Shown one piece after another: positions 59,763 through 64,000 of a stretch of DNA of 64,000 nt; within the stretch, counting starts at the first letter, position 1; every line of letters begins with the position of its first letter. The stretch comes from an uncultured Oscillospiraceae bacterium (GTDB lineage Bacteria > Bacillota > Clostridia > Oscillospirales > SIG627): NCBI GenBank assembly GCA_964558655.1, contig CAZLEX010000001.1, positions 15,356 through 79,355 of the forward strand, read 5' to 3'. The notes beneath the pieces were generated by a model, which did not search any database, had not been told where the DNA came from, and was given only the letters and a program-made list of their open reading frames with translations. Made by a program: the position numbers and the translations under genes.

Positions 59763-60551
59763 TTATCCGTTTATACGGCCATCATGTCTCGGACTGTGGC
59801 CGTATTTCTTTTTAAAGGCACGGCAAAAATAACTGCTGTCATCAAATCCGGATAATTGTGCCGCTTGCTTTGTGAGCGAGTGCGGGTTCGCAAGTAAATA
59901 ATTCTTTGCCCATTCAAGACGCATGTCCAAAATAAATTCAAAAACGGTTTTTCCGAAAGCCGTTTTAAAATCATGACAAAGTTTCGACGGAGATACGCCC
60001 ATACTTTTCGCCAAAAAATCAATCGTCAAATGCTCCGAAAAATGTTTTTCAATAAAAAGTTTTGTCTTTTCGGCAGGCGTACAAAGCTTTTTATCGGCTT
60101 CTTCAAAAAAATCCACGAAAAAAGAATATGCCATTGCCGATGCGGTTGCGGCGTTCACATTATTTTCATATTCAAGTGCGATTTTCTCTATTCTGTCAAC
60201 CCATTTTTCTACATTAACTGATTCCCAAAAGCGAAAACCGTTTTGGGTGTAATGCCGGGAAAATAAATCCATTGCATCTCCGCAGACTGTAAGGAAAGCA
60301 CTTTTCATTCCGGTTGAAGCACTTGAATGAGAATAAGCCACTCCCCGTGCGATATAAAAGGCATTGCCCTCAGTAATAGGATATTCTTTTCCCTGACAAA
60401 GAAGATTTCCCCCGCCTTTAACCGAAATAAAAATTTGATGAAAGAACATTTCCTCTTCACTGCGTGCGATATAACGCTGTTCGTGATTGGAACACGCCGA
60501 ATAGAAATTTACCGGAAGATTTTCGTGCGAAATATTTAATATGATTTTCAT
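59763..60551 (-). CDS. AraC family transcriptional regulator
   Basis: C-terminal double HTH (LAKSMGVSPSKL..FK; GFDDSSYFCRAFKKKYG.SP). Confidence 0.9.
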   Translation of the reverse strand: MKIILNISHENLPVNFYSACSNHEQRYIARSEEEMFFHQIFISVKGGGNLLCQGKEYPITEGNAFYIARGVAYSHSSASTGMKSAFLTVCGDAMDLFSRHYTQNGFRFWESVNVEKWVDRIEKIALEYENNVNAATASAMAYSFFVDFFEEADKKLCTPAEKTKLFIEKHFSEHLTIDFLAKSMGVSPSKLCHDFKTAFGKTVFEFILDMRLEWAKNYLLANPHSLTKQAAQLSGFDDSSYFCRAFKKKYGHSPRHDGRING

Positions 60552-60627
60552 GATAATTCCTTGCAAGATAATTATATCTTTTTGCAATATATTTTATTTA
60601 CATAATTAAAAAAATACCTTATTATAG

Positions 60628-63546
<2,919 letters not shown>

Positions 63547-63631
63547 TCCTACCGGCATATGAAATGGACTTGATATTTTTGATAATATGAGTATAATTGT
63601 ATTGTGAAAAATATTTTATGTAGGTGATAAA

Positions 63632-64000
63632 TTGAAAGATTTGACCAGCGGTAATATACACAAAAACTTTTTTTCGTTTGCTGTTCCGATAATGCTGTCC
63701 GGACTTTTGTCGCAGTCTTACAATATTATCGATACGGTCATTATAGGACATTGGTTATCTGACGACGGACTTGCGTCGTCAGGTGCCACTTCCACATACA
63801 TAACACTTATTTCTGCGATACTTTGGGGATTTTCAACCGGAGGCGGGATTTTTTTCGGAATGTTATTCGGGGGAAAGGATTATGAAAGGCTAAAAAATTC
63901 TGTTTTTACAACTGCGGTAATTTTGTTGGGCTCATCGCTGATAATAAGTCCCCTGTCAATTATTTTTAAAGACGAAATTTTTGGTTTTCTCAAAATAGAT
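63632..64000 (+). CDS. MATE family efflux transporter (5' part, runs off the window)
   Basis: TTG start after AGGTGA; KDLTSGNIHKNFFSFAVPIMLSGLLSQSYNIIDTVIIG..GLASSG; the frame is open to the window end. Confidence 0.85.
   Translation, partial: MKDLTSGNIHKNFFSFAVPIMLSGLLSQSYNIIDTVIIGHWLSDDGLASSGATSTYITLISAILWGFSTGGGIFFGMLFGGKDYERLKNSVFTTAVILLGSSLIISPLSIIFKDEIFGFLKID

Overview
This is a low-GC chromosomal window from a Bacillota (Clostridia-like, probably spore-forming) genome that spans the replication origin. The core is dnaA-[oriC with DnaA box, DnaA-trios, AT-rich tract]-dnaN-recF-remB-gyrB-gyrA (28.5-37.6 kb). To the left are nagA, rpoZ-gmk-remA-yicC-rnmV-holA-HIT-alaS, maf, a U32 protein, mecA, two polysaccharide deacetylases, queG, nth-polA with a coupled MNT/HEPN toxin-antitoxin pair, tepA, three parS sites, a divergent ParB paralogue, parA-parB-serS, duplicated TIM-barrel genes, yycJ-rlmH and a PPTase. 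To the right are two decayed acetyltransferase-type genes, transporters, a CNNM/CorC gene with a leader, an acyl-CoA ligase, a DUF1538/P-II pair, an MBOAT-SGNH-ECF sigma-anti-sigma operon, T-box-controlled cysE-cysS, an M23 peptidase, a small repeat-flanked XRE/zinc-ribbon cassette and an AraC/GH2/MATE sugar locus. I saw no rRNA, tRNA, CRISPR array, integrase or transposase. The main candidates for novelty are: (1) a promoter-uORF-terminator attenuator coupled to the CNNM gene; (2) near-absence of ACGT across the window, with all three parS sites carrying CpG-deamination-type centres and two embedded in long perfect palindromes; (3) a DnaA-box cluster in the gyrB-gyrA gap; (4) the self-regulated zinc-ribbon cassette flanked by a duplicated hairpin. 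All counts and alignments were done by eye, and family assignments come from motif recognition, not database searches.
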